Notes: generated from the letters alone by a model not told the origin. Positions 28,706-37,753 are shown, counted from the first letter of the stretch. The stretch is 38,038 nt of DNA from an uncultured Methanosarcinales archaeon (GCA_964647565.1 CAZYIM010000030.1:1-38038); one strand, 5' to 3'. Numbers and translations: made by a program.

Positions 28706-30777
28706 AAGTCTTTTGGAGGGATTTTTAAATAGATATTTTGCATTCCGCCATCAGTTGAATAAGCCATTTCAGTCATAGCAGTATATGCTAATTTTTTGAC
28801 ATCTTCTCGCACATAGACAAACTGTTTCTTATCCCAACCAGAGCCATATGGCCAGCTTTTGCTCTTATCACCAATCATCGGCGCATAAAATTCAATTAGA
28901 GCATCTTTTTCATTGCCATGCTTGTTTATCAGGTTTGAAAGCCTCTTTGCACCCAGTTCGAGGTTTTCAATAGGATCAACAACAGGATTAGAATAATCTG
29001 CTGCAATAAACGGATCAAGAATATTAACGTCTTCTACTCTAATAAATTCAGAATTCAAACTTGATTGGATGCCACCATAATACCTGTTTACCTTGAGCAT
29101 AGTCCTAATCAATTTAGGTCTTAGATTGTATTCTACAGCGACTTTATCAATGATAGAAGAGTTCTGATGCATCCTTGTGGTCAATTTCCCATCTATTAAG
29201 CTGGTCATGACTCGCTCAAACCCATTCTCAAAAAGGCTTTGGTACATATTTCTAACTCTATAATAACTATTCTCCAACATCTCAGCCTTCTTTTCATTGG
29301 ATGCTTTAACAGTCTTGGATATTGAATATCCAAAGCCAATGACAAGGGATATGCCTAATAGACATGCAGCAGCTAACTTAGTCCATCTTTTATATTTCGA
29401 AAATTGGTTCCGTTTCTTTATATTTTTAAGGCTTTTCTCAGGATCGATTACAACCATACCTGTTAAAGGAACTGAGGATAATGAATTCTCCTGTGTCATA
29501 TTCACGTTGGGATTGAAGAATTTCTTTAGATGTGCATATGCATCATCTGAAACAACAGGCACCTTCTTGTCATCTGGAACTCGATCCAGATCCTCGTCAA
29601 TAGTATATAGATTTCCATAGAATAAATTTTGTGCAATAGGAGGTCGTTTAAGCAATCTTTGTAAAAATGTCTCTGCTTTACGAAAATCCTTATCCAAGAT
29701 TCCCAGTTTAATTGCCCGTTTAGTCCTTCTTATGCCTGTATTGTACCAGACAGTCGCCATATTCTTTAATTTTGTACTAAGTTCAGGTGATTTTTCATCA
29801 AGAGATGCCAGGAAATACCTTCTTGCCGAGACCAGATCGCTCTTGATCTGATTCTTCATGTATCTACTCAGCGAAGCCTTCATGTCACCTTCATTCTTGA
29901 ACATTTTAAACGCCGCATATCTAGCCAATTTCTCCTCGAGTTCAAGACTAATGTCTGACTTCCTTAAAAGTGAGCCGATGTCAAATTCAGGAAATCCATT
30001 TCTGGCCGCCTTAGGCCAATCCAAATGCACGTTCTTACCATTCAAGATTGTGTTCCTCGGATGAAAATCACCATGAATAACCCACTTTTTGGCCTTTTCT
30101 AAGTCTGACCCAAATATTTCTCCAAAGGAAACATTAAGCACCCCACAATAATTATCCATATATAGATTCTGAATATAATGTTGAAAAGATTGCAATGAAT
30201 CTGGAAACTTCAGTTTTTTCTTGACTTCTGGTTTGTTAAGATGACCAAAGAATGTAACATAATCATCTGTTACACCCTTCAAGATGGTTTCTTTTTGGCT
30301 AGCAGTCTTACCTTCTAGGGATTCTGCAACAGTCATACCGTCTTCATAAGGCGTGACCATGATCCTGGTTGATCGGTTCCAGAACTCAGGTTTAGGTACT
30401 TTACCCTCAAATTTAGTTCCTTTGATAGCATTATATACCCTTCTCTGGTTCTTGATGGCTGCAGCGAAGTTCTCTTTTTTTGAAAACTTCTTAACAGCGT
30501 TTCGGATAGTGACAGTATCAGTTATACTTAGGATAGTCTCAAGCACATAACCGTCAGGTTCAACAGTATTAAGCGTTATATCATCCAGAATCCGAACCTT
30601 TGGCTCAATCACCTCTATACCCATAGAATTAACCAGATCTGAAATCTTTTTCATCTTCTGGTCTGTTATCTTCTTCTCAGCGACTAAATTATCTAAAGCA
30701 GGGAATATGACCTTATCCATATAGGCATAATAGTCATTACCGAGCAATGTTTTTATCGATAGTGATGCTTGTACCAT
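28702..30777 (-). CDS. APH-like kinase / single TM helix / degenerate lytic transglycosylase (SLT)-like domain protein
   Basis: IHGDFHPRN (30052-30078) and HLDW...FDIG kinase motifs. TM helix LAAACLLGISLVIGFGYSI. C-terminal IDKVAVEYNLRPKLIRTMLKVN...DPIENLELGAKRLSNLINKHGNEKDALIEFYA SLT pattern. Confidence 0.72.
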   Translation of the reverse strand: MVQASLSIKTLLGNDYYAYMDKVIFPALDNLVAEKKITDQKMKKISDLVNSMGIEVIEPKVRILDDITLNTVEPDGYVLETILSITDTVTIRNAVKKFSKKENFAAAIKNQRRVYNAIKGTKFEGKVPKPEFWNRSTRIMVTPYEDGMTVAESLEGKTASQKETILKGVTDDYVTFFGHLNKPEVKKKLKFPDSLQSFQHYIQNLYMDNYCGVLNVSFGEIFGSDLEKAKKWVIHGDFHPRNTILNGKNVHLDWPKAARNGFPEFDIGSLLRKSDISLELEEKLARYAAFKMFKNEGDMKASLSRYMKNQIKSDLVSARRYFLASLDEKSPELSTKLKNMATVWYNTGIRRTKRAIKLGILDKDFRKAETFLQRLLKRPPIAQNLFYGNLYTIDEDLDRVPDDKKVPVVSDDAYAHLKKFFNPNVNMTQENSLSSVPLTGMVVIDPEKSLKNIKKRNQFSKYKRWTKLAAACLLGISLVIGFGYSISKTVKASNEKKAEMLENSYYRVRNMYQSLFENGFERVMTSLIDGKLTTRMHQNSSIIDKVAVEYNLRPKLIRTMLKVNRYYGGIQSSLNSEFIRVEDVNILDPFIAADYSNPVVDPIENLELGAKRLSNLINKHGNEKDALIEFYAPMIGDKSKSWPYGSGWDKKQFVYVREDVKKLAYTAMTEMAYSTDGGMQNIYLKIPPKDF

Positions 30778-30910
30778 TTTTCTCTCTTAGAAACTTGTTT
30801 ACAGAGTATTCAAATACATGGCTCTTGTTCCTGAAGAAGCCTTCTTCCAACATCTCCTCTATACGCTGAACCATGCGTTCATCAACAGATATGCTTAACT
30901 TAACCTTCAT
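30737..30910 (-). CDS. Ribbon-helix-helix (CopG/Arc/MetJ) DNA-binding protein, 57 aa, absent from the ORF track
   Basis: MKVKLSISVDERMVQRIEEMLEEGFFRNKSHVFEYSVNKFL shows the alternating beta-strand, helix, and F/Y-x-N-K/R-S turn of RHH proteins. TTTATAAA TATA at about 30934-30941. Confidence 0.8.
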   Translation of the reverse strand: MKVKLSISVDERMVQRIEEMLEEGFFRNKSHVFEYSVNKFLREKNGTSITIDKNIAR

Positions 30911-31073
30911 ACTGAGTAGTATGAATTCTCACCTTTATAAATGTTTCGATTATTTTCGCCACTTTAAAGTAATTTCGTAATTGATTTTCTCGACTATAGA
31001 AAACATAGACAACCAATATAAAACCCTAAAAAAACACAACATTTGTATATTTTAATAACTTCCCAGTAGTTAC

Positions 31074-31158
31074 GGTCGGAAGCATGAGGTGGCTTCAGAG
31101 TTCTTTCACAATCTAACACCTCACTAACACACCCCTCTAGGCCCTTCGTGCTTTGACC
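31074..31158 (+). ncRNA. Candidate structured RNA (long closing stem enclosing a 10-aa mini-ORF)
   Basis: GGTCGGAAGCATGAGG pairs with CTTCGTGCTTTGACC (about 15 bp, several G-U pairs, one bulge). GC-rich island in an AT-rich spacer, followed by a T tract. Confidence 0.4.
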
Positions 31159-31232
31159 TTTTATTCTTGAAATTATAATCGAATATTTTAAAAACTAAAA
31201 ACGCTCTTTAAGAAAAATTAAGAGGTGATATT

Positions 31233-31415
31233 ATGAAAAAAAGAGAAAAAGAGGCAATAGTCAAGCTGCTCGGCGGGCTTGGATTAATAGTATTGTTGAT
31301 CGGTCTATTCACGGGCTTATATGAATTTCTACACGGCCTTATTGCTGCAATTGCAATCTGGATAGTGTCAGGCGTGGTTGCTAAATACCTCGGCGTAGAA
31401 GAAAAGAAGAAATAA
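31233..31415 (+). CDS. Small two-TM membrane protein
   Basis: AGAGGTGA SD and two hydrophobic helices. Confidence 0.75.
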   Translation: MKKREKEAIVKLLGGLGLIVLLIGLFTGLYEFLHGLIAAIAIWIVSGVVAKYLGVEEKKK

Positions 31416-31457
31416 CTAGTCAGAAAACATTATAAAAGGAGTATTATTGCTTAGAAT

Positions 31458-31598
31458 ATGATGTATCCATTCAAGTTACCAGACTATAAAGGGGAAAACA
31501 TCGTCAACCTGATGAGTTCTATCTCCCGCTGTTTTGGAAAACACGGCGGAGTCAGCAATGACGAGATGATAGTGCCGCTTATTCTAATAGAATGCTGA
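31458..31598 (+). pseudogene. Internally deleted remnant of an alkaline phosphatase / nucleotide pyrophosphatase-family gene (46 aa)
   Basis: MMYPFKLPDYKGENIVNLMSSISRCFG is joined directly to KHGGVSNDEMIVPLILIEC. These resemble the N- and C-terminal motifs of that family. Confidence 0.65.
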
Positions 31599-31607
31599 GA
31601 TCTAATT

Positions 31608-31637
31608 AAAATCTTAGAATTTCAATCCAGGCACACC
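31608..31637. repeat. 30-bp exact duplicate of the srp54 3' end (other copy at 32231-32260)
   Basis: aaaatcttagaatttcaatccaggcacacc at both sites. Confidence 0.88.
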
Positions 31638-31724
31638 ATCAAAGATCAGTTTCAATAAGGACTTAACCACTAAACAATAATGAAAACAATATGTTTATAT
31701 ATTATTTAATATTCTCAATTTAAC

Positions 31725-32231
31725 ATGAGTCAATTAATCGAGAAATTAAAATACAATACACAAAAAATCAGACAATATTGCAGTAATGTAAGAAAAAGCT
31801 TCAGATGTGATGAGCAGGAATATGCAACTCTTACAGAAGCAGAAAAACTGCCAAAAGAGATAAGCGATCTAGTAAAAGGAGCTCTAACTTATGAATTCCA
31901 TTTTAAACCGATTGATGTACCTCTAAATTACATCAAAGGTGTAGGAATGAGTATTATTGCTACAAAAGAAGAAGGCAAATCCATAACAAGATTACAGAAA
32001 GCACCTAAAGCTGTGTTGGATACAGTAGTATTTTTTGGAACCAGTAGTGTGGTGTTTGGATCAGAGTACTTAAAAAAAGAATATGGAATAAATCTTGATC
32101 CGTTGGCAATCCCTATTGTTCTGACATATTTTGGCTCAATAATTGACCTCTCCTTTACACTTTCAGAGGGCAGTTCATTGATTGGACAATTTAGAAACCC
32201 TATTCCTACTAAAGATATTCTTAATCATTAA
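31725..32231 (+). CDS. Hypothetical protein with C-terminal hydrophobic segments
   Basis: 168-aa ORF, AT-rich, TATA-like tttatata upstream, flanked by the 30-bp direct repeats. Confidence 0.6.
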   Translation: MSQLIEKLKYNTQKIRQYCSNVRKSFRCDEQEYATLTEAEKLPKEISDLVKGALTYEFHFKPIDVPLNYIKGVGMSIIATKEEGKSITRLQKAPKAVLDTVVFFGTSSVVFGSEYLKKEYGINLDPLAIPIVLTYFGSIIDLSFTLSEGSSLIGQFRNPIPTKDILNH

Positions 32232-32236
32232 AAATC

Positions 32237-33589
32237 TTAGAATTTCAATCCAGGCACACCGCCCTTGAACTTCTTCATCATCTTACCGATGTTCTTTTCA
32301 GAGCCGCCCATAGTCTTGATCAGTTTCTTGGCTTGCTTGTACTGCTTTATCAGTGAACGGACATCAGCAGCAGTTGCACCAGATCCCTTAGCAATCCTCT
32401 CAACCCGAGACCCAGTTATGACTTCAGGATCTTCTAACTCTTCCTGGGTCATGGAATCCATAACAAATCTCCAGATCTTAAGCTTCTCTTCCTGAACATT
32501 GAGAGTGTCTTTAGGGATGTTCATTGAGCTCAATCCAGGTATCATCTCCATTAATTTAGAAATGGAGCCCATTTTTTTCACAGCTTTCATCTGTTCATAG
32601 AGATCAATAAGGTTAAATTCACCTTTCAGCAACCTCTTACCCAGATCCTGGGCCTCATCCTCTGACATGGCACCTTTGGCCTTCTCAAGCAGGGCCTCGA
32701 TATCACCCATACCCAACAGCCTTCCAACAAATCCTTCAGGTTTAAATTCCTCAAGATCCTGGATCTTTTCTCCAACACCAATAAACTTGACCGGAGCCTT
32801 GGTCACTGAACATGCAATGAGTGCACCACCACCTTTTGCAGTCCCATCCAATCTGGTAATCACAACACCCGTAACATCACAGGTTTCGTTAAAGGCCTGT
32901 GCTTGTTTCTCAGCTCCCTGGCCGATCTCAGCACTAAGCACAAGCAAGGTTTCATCAGCCTTAACAATCTTGTTAATTTTGTTAAGTTCATCAATAAGCT
33001 CGTCAGAGAGTGCATCTCTTCCCGCAGTATCTACAATCACTACATCAAACTTCTTGAGTTCATCTTGATATTTTTTGTATATCTTGACAGGATCCTTCTC
33101 TTTTTTCTCTCCAAAAAACTGCACTTTGGATCTTTTAGCCAATTGTTCCAGCTGATCATATGCAGCAGGTCTCCAGGTATCTGTCTGCACCACAGCAACT
33201 TTAAGGGTTCTCTTGGTAAAGAAACTGGCCAGCTTGCCTGCCGTAGTGGTCTTTCCATTTCCAAACAGACCCACTAGCATTATAGTAAAGGGTTGTTTCT
33301 TGATCTGGATCTTTGAGCCAGGCCCACCCAAGAATTCGACCAGTTCATCATAGACAATCTTTATTAGATGCTCTTTCTTGGTCACTCCCGCAGGCTCTTT
33401 CTCATTTAATGCTCGTTCCTTTATCTTCTTGGTAAGATCAAATACCAGCTTCACATTAACATCTGACTGCAGAAGAGCCCTCTGGATGTCTTTAACAAGC
33501 TCATTGACTAGTTTTTCGTCTACAAAAACCGCACCAGTTATCTTCTTAAGGGTATTCTTCAAAGAGTCCCCCAATTTATCTAAAACCAT
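32237..33589 (-). CDS. srp54: Signal recognition particle 54 kDa protein
   Basis: DIQRALLQSDVNV, GLFGNGKTTT, DTWRPAAYDQL, DTAGR, TRLDGTAKGGGAL, Met-rich M domain with SRVERIAKGSG. Confidence 0.97.
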   Translation of the reverse strand: MVLDKLGDSLKNTLKKITGAVFVDEKLVNELVKDIQRALLQSDVNVKLVFDLTKKIKERALNEKEPAGVTKKEHLIKIVYDELVEFLGGPGSKIQIKKQPFTIMLVGLFGNGKTTTAGKLASFFTKRTLKVAVVQTDTWRPAAYDQLEQLAKRSKVQFFGEKKEKDPVKIYKKYQDELKKFDVVIVDTAGRDALSDELIDELNKINKIVKADETLLVLSAEIGQGAEKQAQAFNETCDVTGVVITRLDGTAKGGGALIACSVTKAPVKFIGVGEKIQDLEEFKPEGFVGRLLGMGDIEALLEKAKGAMSEDEAQDLGKRLLKGEFNLIDLYEQMKAVKKMGSISKLMEMIPGLSSMNIPKDTLNVQEEKLKIWRFVMDSMTQEELEDPEVITGSRVERIAKGSGATAADVRSLIKQYKQAKKLIKTMGGSEKNIGKMMKKFKGGVPGLKF

Positions 33590-33627
33590 TGTGCTAAAGA
33601 ATTAAACTCTCTTTTTAAATATTTAGG

Positions 33628-33656
33628 AAAAAAAAGAAAAAAAGAAAAAAAAGAAA
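33628..33656 (-). terminator. Tandem oligo-T tracts (three runs of 7-8 T), archaeal terminator candidate
   Basis: Plus strand aaaaaaaagaaaaaaagaaaaaaaagaaa directly after the stop of the minus-strand ORF ending at 33657. Confidence 0.5.
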
Positions 33657-34525
33657 TCAGAAAGTTAAATTGCTTACTACAGAGACCGTTGCAGTCATAT
33701 CTTTCTCAAGAAGGCCAAAACCCCCTCCAACTGTGATCCTTCCACCAATCTGCATCTTCTCTCCTACGTCAGTAAGTATCTCAAAGAATCCTTTATAGAG
33801 TCCAATATGAGTTTTATTTCCTTCTAGACTGCCTGGAACATAGATGGCATCTGCACCAACATTCAACTCTAAACTTGTATCATTGGCAATATTAAATAAA
33901 GATCTTACGCTCCCTGCAACTAGATCAGCATCAAATGGTGTTCTTCCTTCAATTGTTGCCAATTCATGATCTCCATCACGATTCATTATATCAACCAAAG
34001 CCGTAATGTAGTTATCTCCAAAAGCTATTCCGCCACCTATACCCCCATAAGTCTTTACATCCCAGATGCCATTGACAGGGTATGTGGTATTAAGCGGTGC
34101 ATGAACAACAAATGCAGGCACCAACTTACCAGGTTCGTGATCCGGAACAAGCCTTATAGCCAGTTTATAGCTCATGTCTCTCTTCATACCTTCAGAACTT
34201 GTATTCATGTTTCTTGTTTCTGGTTCTGCTTCGTATGAAACAACACCTGCAGGATGTGATTCTAATGTTCCGGATGGACCCCTCACAGAGACATCCAGAG
34301 TGTTAGCATAAAACGGAATCTTAGGTATTGGCTCACTACCAGTTAGTCCATCTTTGACACCAAAGTCAACGGATAGGATGCTCCCTTTACGAGAAAACCT
34401 CCGCCATCATATTTACGCCTTAATTCTGCAAGTTCTGGATCTACTGCAGATTGTCCAAAAACAGATGTATACCCTAATGTTAAAAAGGGTGCTAACCTAA
34501 TAATATTTTTTAAGATTTTATTCAT
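33657..34525 (-). pseudogene. Secreted beta-rich protein split by a -1 frameshift (pseudogene or programmed shift)
   Basis: The 60-aa ORF with SD and signal peptide overlaps the open -1 frame that continues into the 209-aa ORF. The joined product is about 290 aa and ends in SNLTF. Confidence 0.6.
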
Positions 34526-34723
34526 TTATATCGACCTCCCGTTGTGGATTACCACTCGATAATGGTTATAATTATAAAAATATTTCGATTCTAACTATTT
34601 TTTACTTAGAATTGAAGAGGGAAACATTGTGAAGTGACCACGTTTCGATTATCCTGGTCAAAACAACTTAAAAGCCAGATTAATCACAATCTTTATAAAA
34701 TCCCAAAAAGTTCAAACCCTTAT

Positions 34724-34857
34724 GCGCCGGTGGTCTAACGGCTACGAAAGATCCTGAGGGATCTACGCTGTAAATGACTGCGGCCTTCCATAACTTTTTT
34801 GAAGGGAGCCGCCTATCTGGGTTCGAAATAACACACACGAAAGTCCCGGCCGGCGCA
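34724..34857 (+). tRNA. tRNA-Gly(TCC) with three introns (D loop 34744-34773, anticodon loop 34791-34806, T loop 34828-34843)
   Basis: Acceptor GCGCCGG/CCGGCGC+A, anticodon arm GCGGC-CT-TCC-AA-GCCGC, T arm CTGGG-TTCGAAT-CCCGG. BHB central helices ACGG/CTGT, CTTC/GAAG and TTCG/CGAA. TATA at about 34692-34699. Confidence 0.9.
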
Positions 34858-34966
34858 TATTTTCTAATAACTCCATCTCAAAAAACTTTATATATAAGTT
34901 CCACGTAAGTAAAGAGGCCGAGGTGAGTAATACTTTTTATACTAATAGATTGAGTTGTGAAATAAA

Positions 34967-35890
34967 ATGAAAATAAGCATCATAGGGGCAGGACATGTAG
35001 GTACAGTTACCTCACTAAGGATTTGTGAAAAAGAACTCGCTAATGACGTAGTTCTTGTAGATATCGTCGAGGATATGCCGCAGGGCAAAGCCTTAGATAT
35101 CCAAGAGGCAATGCCTCTTTGTAATTCAAATACCAGGATCAGAGGTACTAATGTTTTTTCTAAAATAGAGAACTCAGATATTGTTGTTGTAACTGCAGGC
35201 ATCCCCAGAAGGCCAGGAACCACCAGAGAGGGTCTTCTTCAAGTTAACTCAAATATAATACGCTCGGTTGCCCAGGAAATTAAGCAACACGCTCCCAATT
35301 CAGTTGTAATTGTTGTAACCAACCCCCTAGATATAATGGCTCATCTAATGCTTAAGGAAACTGGTTTTGACAAGAAGCGAGTAATTGGAATGGCAGGGGT
35401 ACTTGACACTACAAGATTCAGGGCATTTATTGCCCTAGAAACAGGTGAGAAAACAGAGAATATCAAAACCCTCGTCATAGGGAATCATGGAGACTCCATG
35501 GTGCCAGTCTTATCTCAAACAACCATAAATGACAAGCCGATCAAAGAAGTTATCGAGGAATCTAAAGTCAAAGAACTGGTTGAAAGGACTCGGACTGCAG
35601 GGGGCGAAATTGTCAGTTATCTTAAAACAGGTTCTGCTTATTACGCTCCAGCTTATTCTATTGTTGAGATGATTGAATCCATGATAAAAGAAAATAGAAA
35701 AGTCCTGCCCTGCTCAATCTATCTTGAGGGAGAATATGGATATGACGGAATTTTTCTTGGTTTGCCAATAAGATTAGGAAAAAATGGTGTTGTAGATGTC
35801 GTGGATATAGAGCTTGATAAAGATGAAAAACTACTTCTTGAAAAAAGCGCAAGCAACATAAAAGAATATATCACTAAAATCATCCAATAA
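34967..35890 (+). CDS. mdh: Malate dehydrogenase (LDH-like MDH)
   Basis: GAGHVG Rossmann motif, TAGIPRRPGTTR with the MDH-type Arg, VTNPLD, LDTTRF, GNHGD, GSAYYAPA. Confidence 0.9.
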   Translation: MKISIIGAGHVGTVTSLRICEKELANDVVLVDIVEDMPQGKALDIQEAMPLCNSNTRIRGTNVFSKIENSDIVVVTAGIPRRPGTTREGLLQVNSNIIRSVAQEIKQHAPNSVVIVVTNPLDIMAHLMLKETGFDKKRVIGMAGVLDTTRFRAFIALETGEKTENIKTLVIGNHGDSMVPVLSQTTINDKPIKEVIEESKVKELVERTRTAGGEIVSYLKTGSAYYAPAYSIVEMIESMIKENRKVLPCSIYLEGEYGYDGIFLGLPIRLGKNGVVDVVDIELDKDEKLLLEKSASNIKEYITKIIQ

Positions 35891-35972
35891 AAAACCTCAC
35901 CTTAAAGAGAGGAATTAAATCAGCATTAGACAATAAAAAAATTAATAAACATCCCCCAACTAAGGGTCTATT

Positions 35973-36620
35973 ATGAAAAGAAACTCTATCCTAATAGTTT
36001 GTGCACATCCTGACGATCATATCTTTGGTCCGGGTGGAACACTAGTAAAATATGCCCAGCAAGGCAAAGACATCTACACTGTCGTATTCTCATATGGCGA
36101 GCTAAGCCACCCCCATATAAAAAAGGAGTTTATAATCAAGGATAGGGTTAAAGAAGTTCAGAAAGCAGATGCTGTTTTAGGTGCCAAGGGCGTGTTTTTC
36201 ATGGGCTTGACTGAAGAACAGACAGCCAAGGCCCGAGACGATAAAAAACTTCAAAAAAGGCTTAAAAGAATAATCCTAAAATATAAACCTGAGAAGATCT
36301 TTACTCATTCCCCGAATGATCCGCACCCGATCCACAAAGTCACTGCAAGCCAGCTGTTGAATGCATATGATTCGATGAATTTCAAATGTGAAGTCTATTC
36401 TTTTGATGTCTGGAATCCCTTCAACACCCATAAACACAAGAAACCCCGATTAGTTGTTGACATTTCAGACACTTTCAAGATAAAACTCAAGGCCTTGAAA
36501 ATTTTCAAGACCCAATGGGTAACAATGGTCAGCCTATTATGGTCTGTCTATTTCAAGGCTTTTATCAACGGCCTTAAGAATGATGTAAGATTTGCAGAGG
36601 TCTTTTACAGGATAAGATGA
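35973..36620 (+). CDS. PIG-L family deacetylase
   Basis: AHPDDHIFGPGGT, RVKE, THSPNDPHPIH, KLKAL motifs. Confidence 0.88.
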   Translation: MKRNSILIVCAHPDDHIFGPGGTLVKYAQQGKDIYTVVFSYGELSHPHIKKEFIIKDRVKEVQKADAVLGAKGVFFMGLTEEQTAKARDDKKLQKRLKRIILKYKPEKIFTHSPNDPHPIHKVTASQLLNAYDSMNFKCEVYSFDVWNPFNTHKHKKPRLVVDISDTFKIKLKALKIFKTQWVTMVSLLWSVYFKAFINGLKNDVRFAEVFYRIR

Positions 36621-37753
36621 CTGAAAAACCTGAGAAAAAAAAGAAGCTGCTTATTGCTACAGATAATTTTTTGCCCAGATGGGACGGCATAACTCGATTT
36701 CTATCTGAAATAATACCGCGACTTAAGAAATATTATGATATTACTGTATTATGCTCTGATTTTGGACGTATCAGGATCAAGGATGTAAAGATTGTCAAGA
36801 TACCCCAGTCCAAAATTAAGTTCGGGGATATCAGCCCTGCAAAGTTACGGCCAAAAATCGTCAGGGAAGAGATAAAAAAATCTGACCTGGTCTTCACTCA
36901 GACTATAGGTCCTGTCGGTATGCTATCGATCTGGTATGCTAAGATTCATCAAAAACCCGTTGCATCATTTATCCACTCCATTGAATGGGAACTATTCTCA
37001 AAAGCGTATGGGGGTCTTTTCAAGAACATCATTAAAAATGGTACGCTTCTGCTTAACTATATCATCTACAATAAGAGTAACCTATTGATCACCCCTTCTG
37101 AAAGTGTAAGCGAACTATTGACCTGGCACGATATCAAAACAAGGAAGAGGGTTGTGCATCTTGGTGTTGACAGCGATAAGTTTTCTCCTGCCAGCAAGCT
37201 CGAAGCTAGGAAAAAAATCGGCTTAGAGAAAGATGTGCTGGTTATAGGAAATCATGGAAGACTTGGCAGAGAAAAGGACATGATAACTTTACTCAGAGCT
37301 TTTTTAAGGGTAAAAAAGAAAATCCCGACTGCTAAACTGTTAATCGTCGGTGAAGGTGTTGAAAGTATAAAGAAAACCTTAGCTTCCAAAGAAGGCGTCA
37401 TATTGCCTGGCGTCCAGAATGATGTGCTACCATATATTAGATCCATGGACATCTATGTGTTAAGCTCTCTGACAGAGACTACATCTCTTGCAACCCTGGA
37501 AGCTATGTCCTGCGGCATACCCATCATAAGCACTAAAGTAGGATTTATCAAGGATTACATAACTGATTGTGAAAATGGTATGTACTTTGAAAAGAAGGAT
37601 TCATATGGTCTTGCAAAGAAGATCCTGTTTCTCACAGGGCATGAGGAATTAAGAAAAAAGATGAAAATCAATGCAAGAAAATCAGTTATTGAAGAATTCA
37701 ACTGGAACAAGACAGTAGAAGGTATTGTTTCTGCATTGAACGAGTTAATCTAG
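36617..37753 (+). CDS. Glycosyltransferase family 4
   Basis: TDNFLPRWDG, GVD, GRLGREKD, ETTSLATLEAMSCGIPII motifs. ATGA overlap with the PIG-L gene. Confidence 0.92.
   Translation: MTEKPEKKKKLLIATDNFLPRWDGITRFLSEIIPRLKKYYDITVLCSDFGRIRIKDVKIVKIPQSKIKFGDISPAKLRPKIVREEIKKSDLVFTQTIGPVGMLSIWYAKIHQKPVASFIHSIEWELFSKAYGGLFKNIIKNGTLLLNYIIYNKSNLLITPSESVSELLTWHDIKTRKRVVHLGVDSDKFSPASKLEARKKIGLEKDVLVIGNHGRLGREKDMITLLRAFLRVKKKIPTAKLLIVGEGVESIKKTLASKEGVILPGVQNDVLPYIRSMDIYVLSSLTETTSLATLEAMSCGIPIISTKVGFIKDYITDCENGMYFEKKDSYGLAKKILFLTGHEELRKKMKINARKSVIEEFNWNKTVEGIVSALNELI

Noticed and set aside
506..37452. Numerous 60-170 aa antisense or alternate-frame ORFs in the track (for example 506-877, 6752-7189, 19645-20357, 32667-33277, 34942-35223)
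   Set aside because: They shadow well-supported genes and lack SD sites or motifs.
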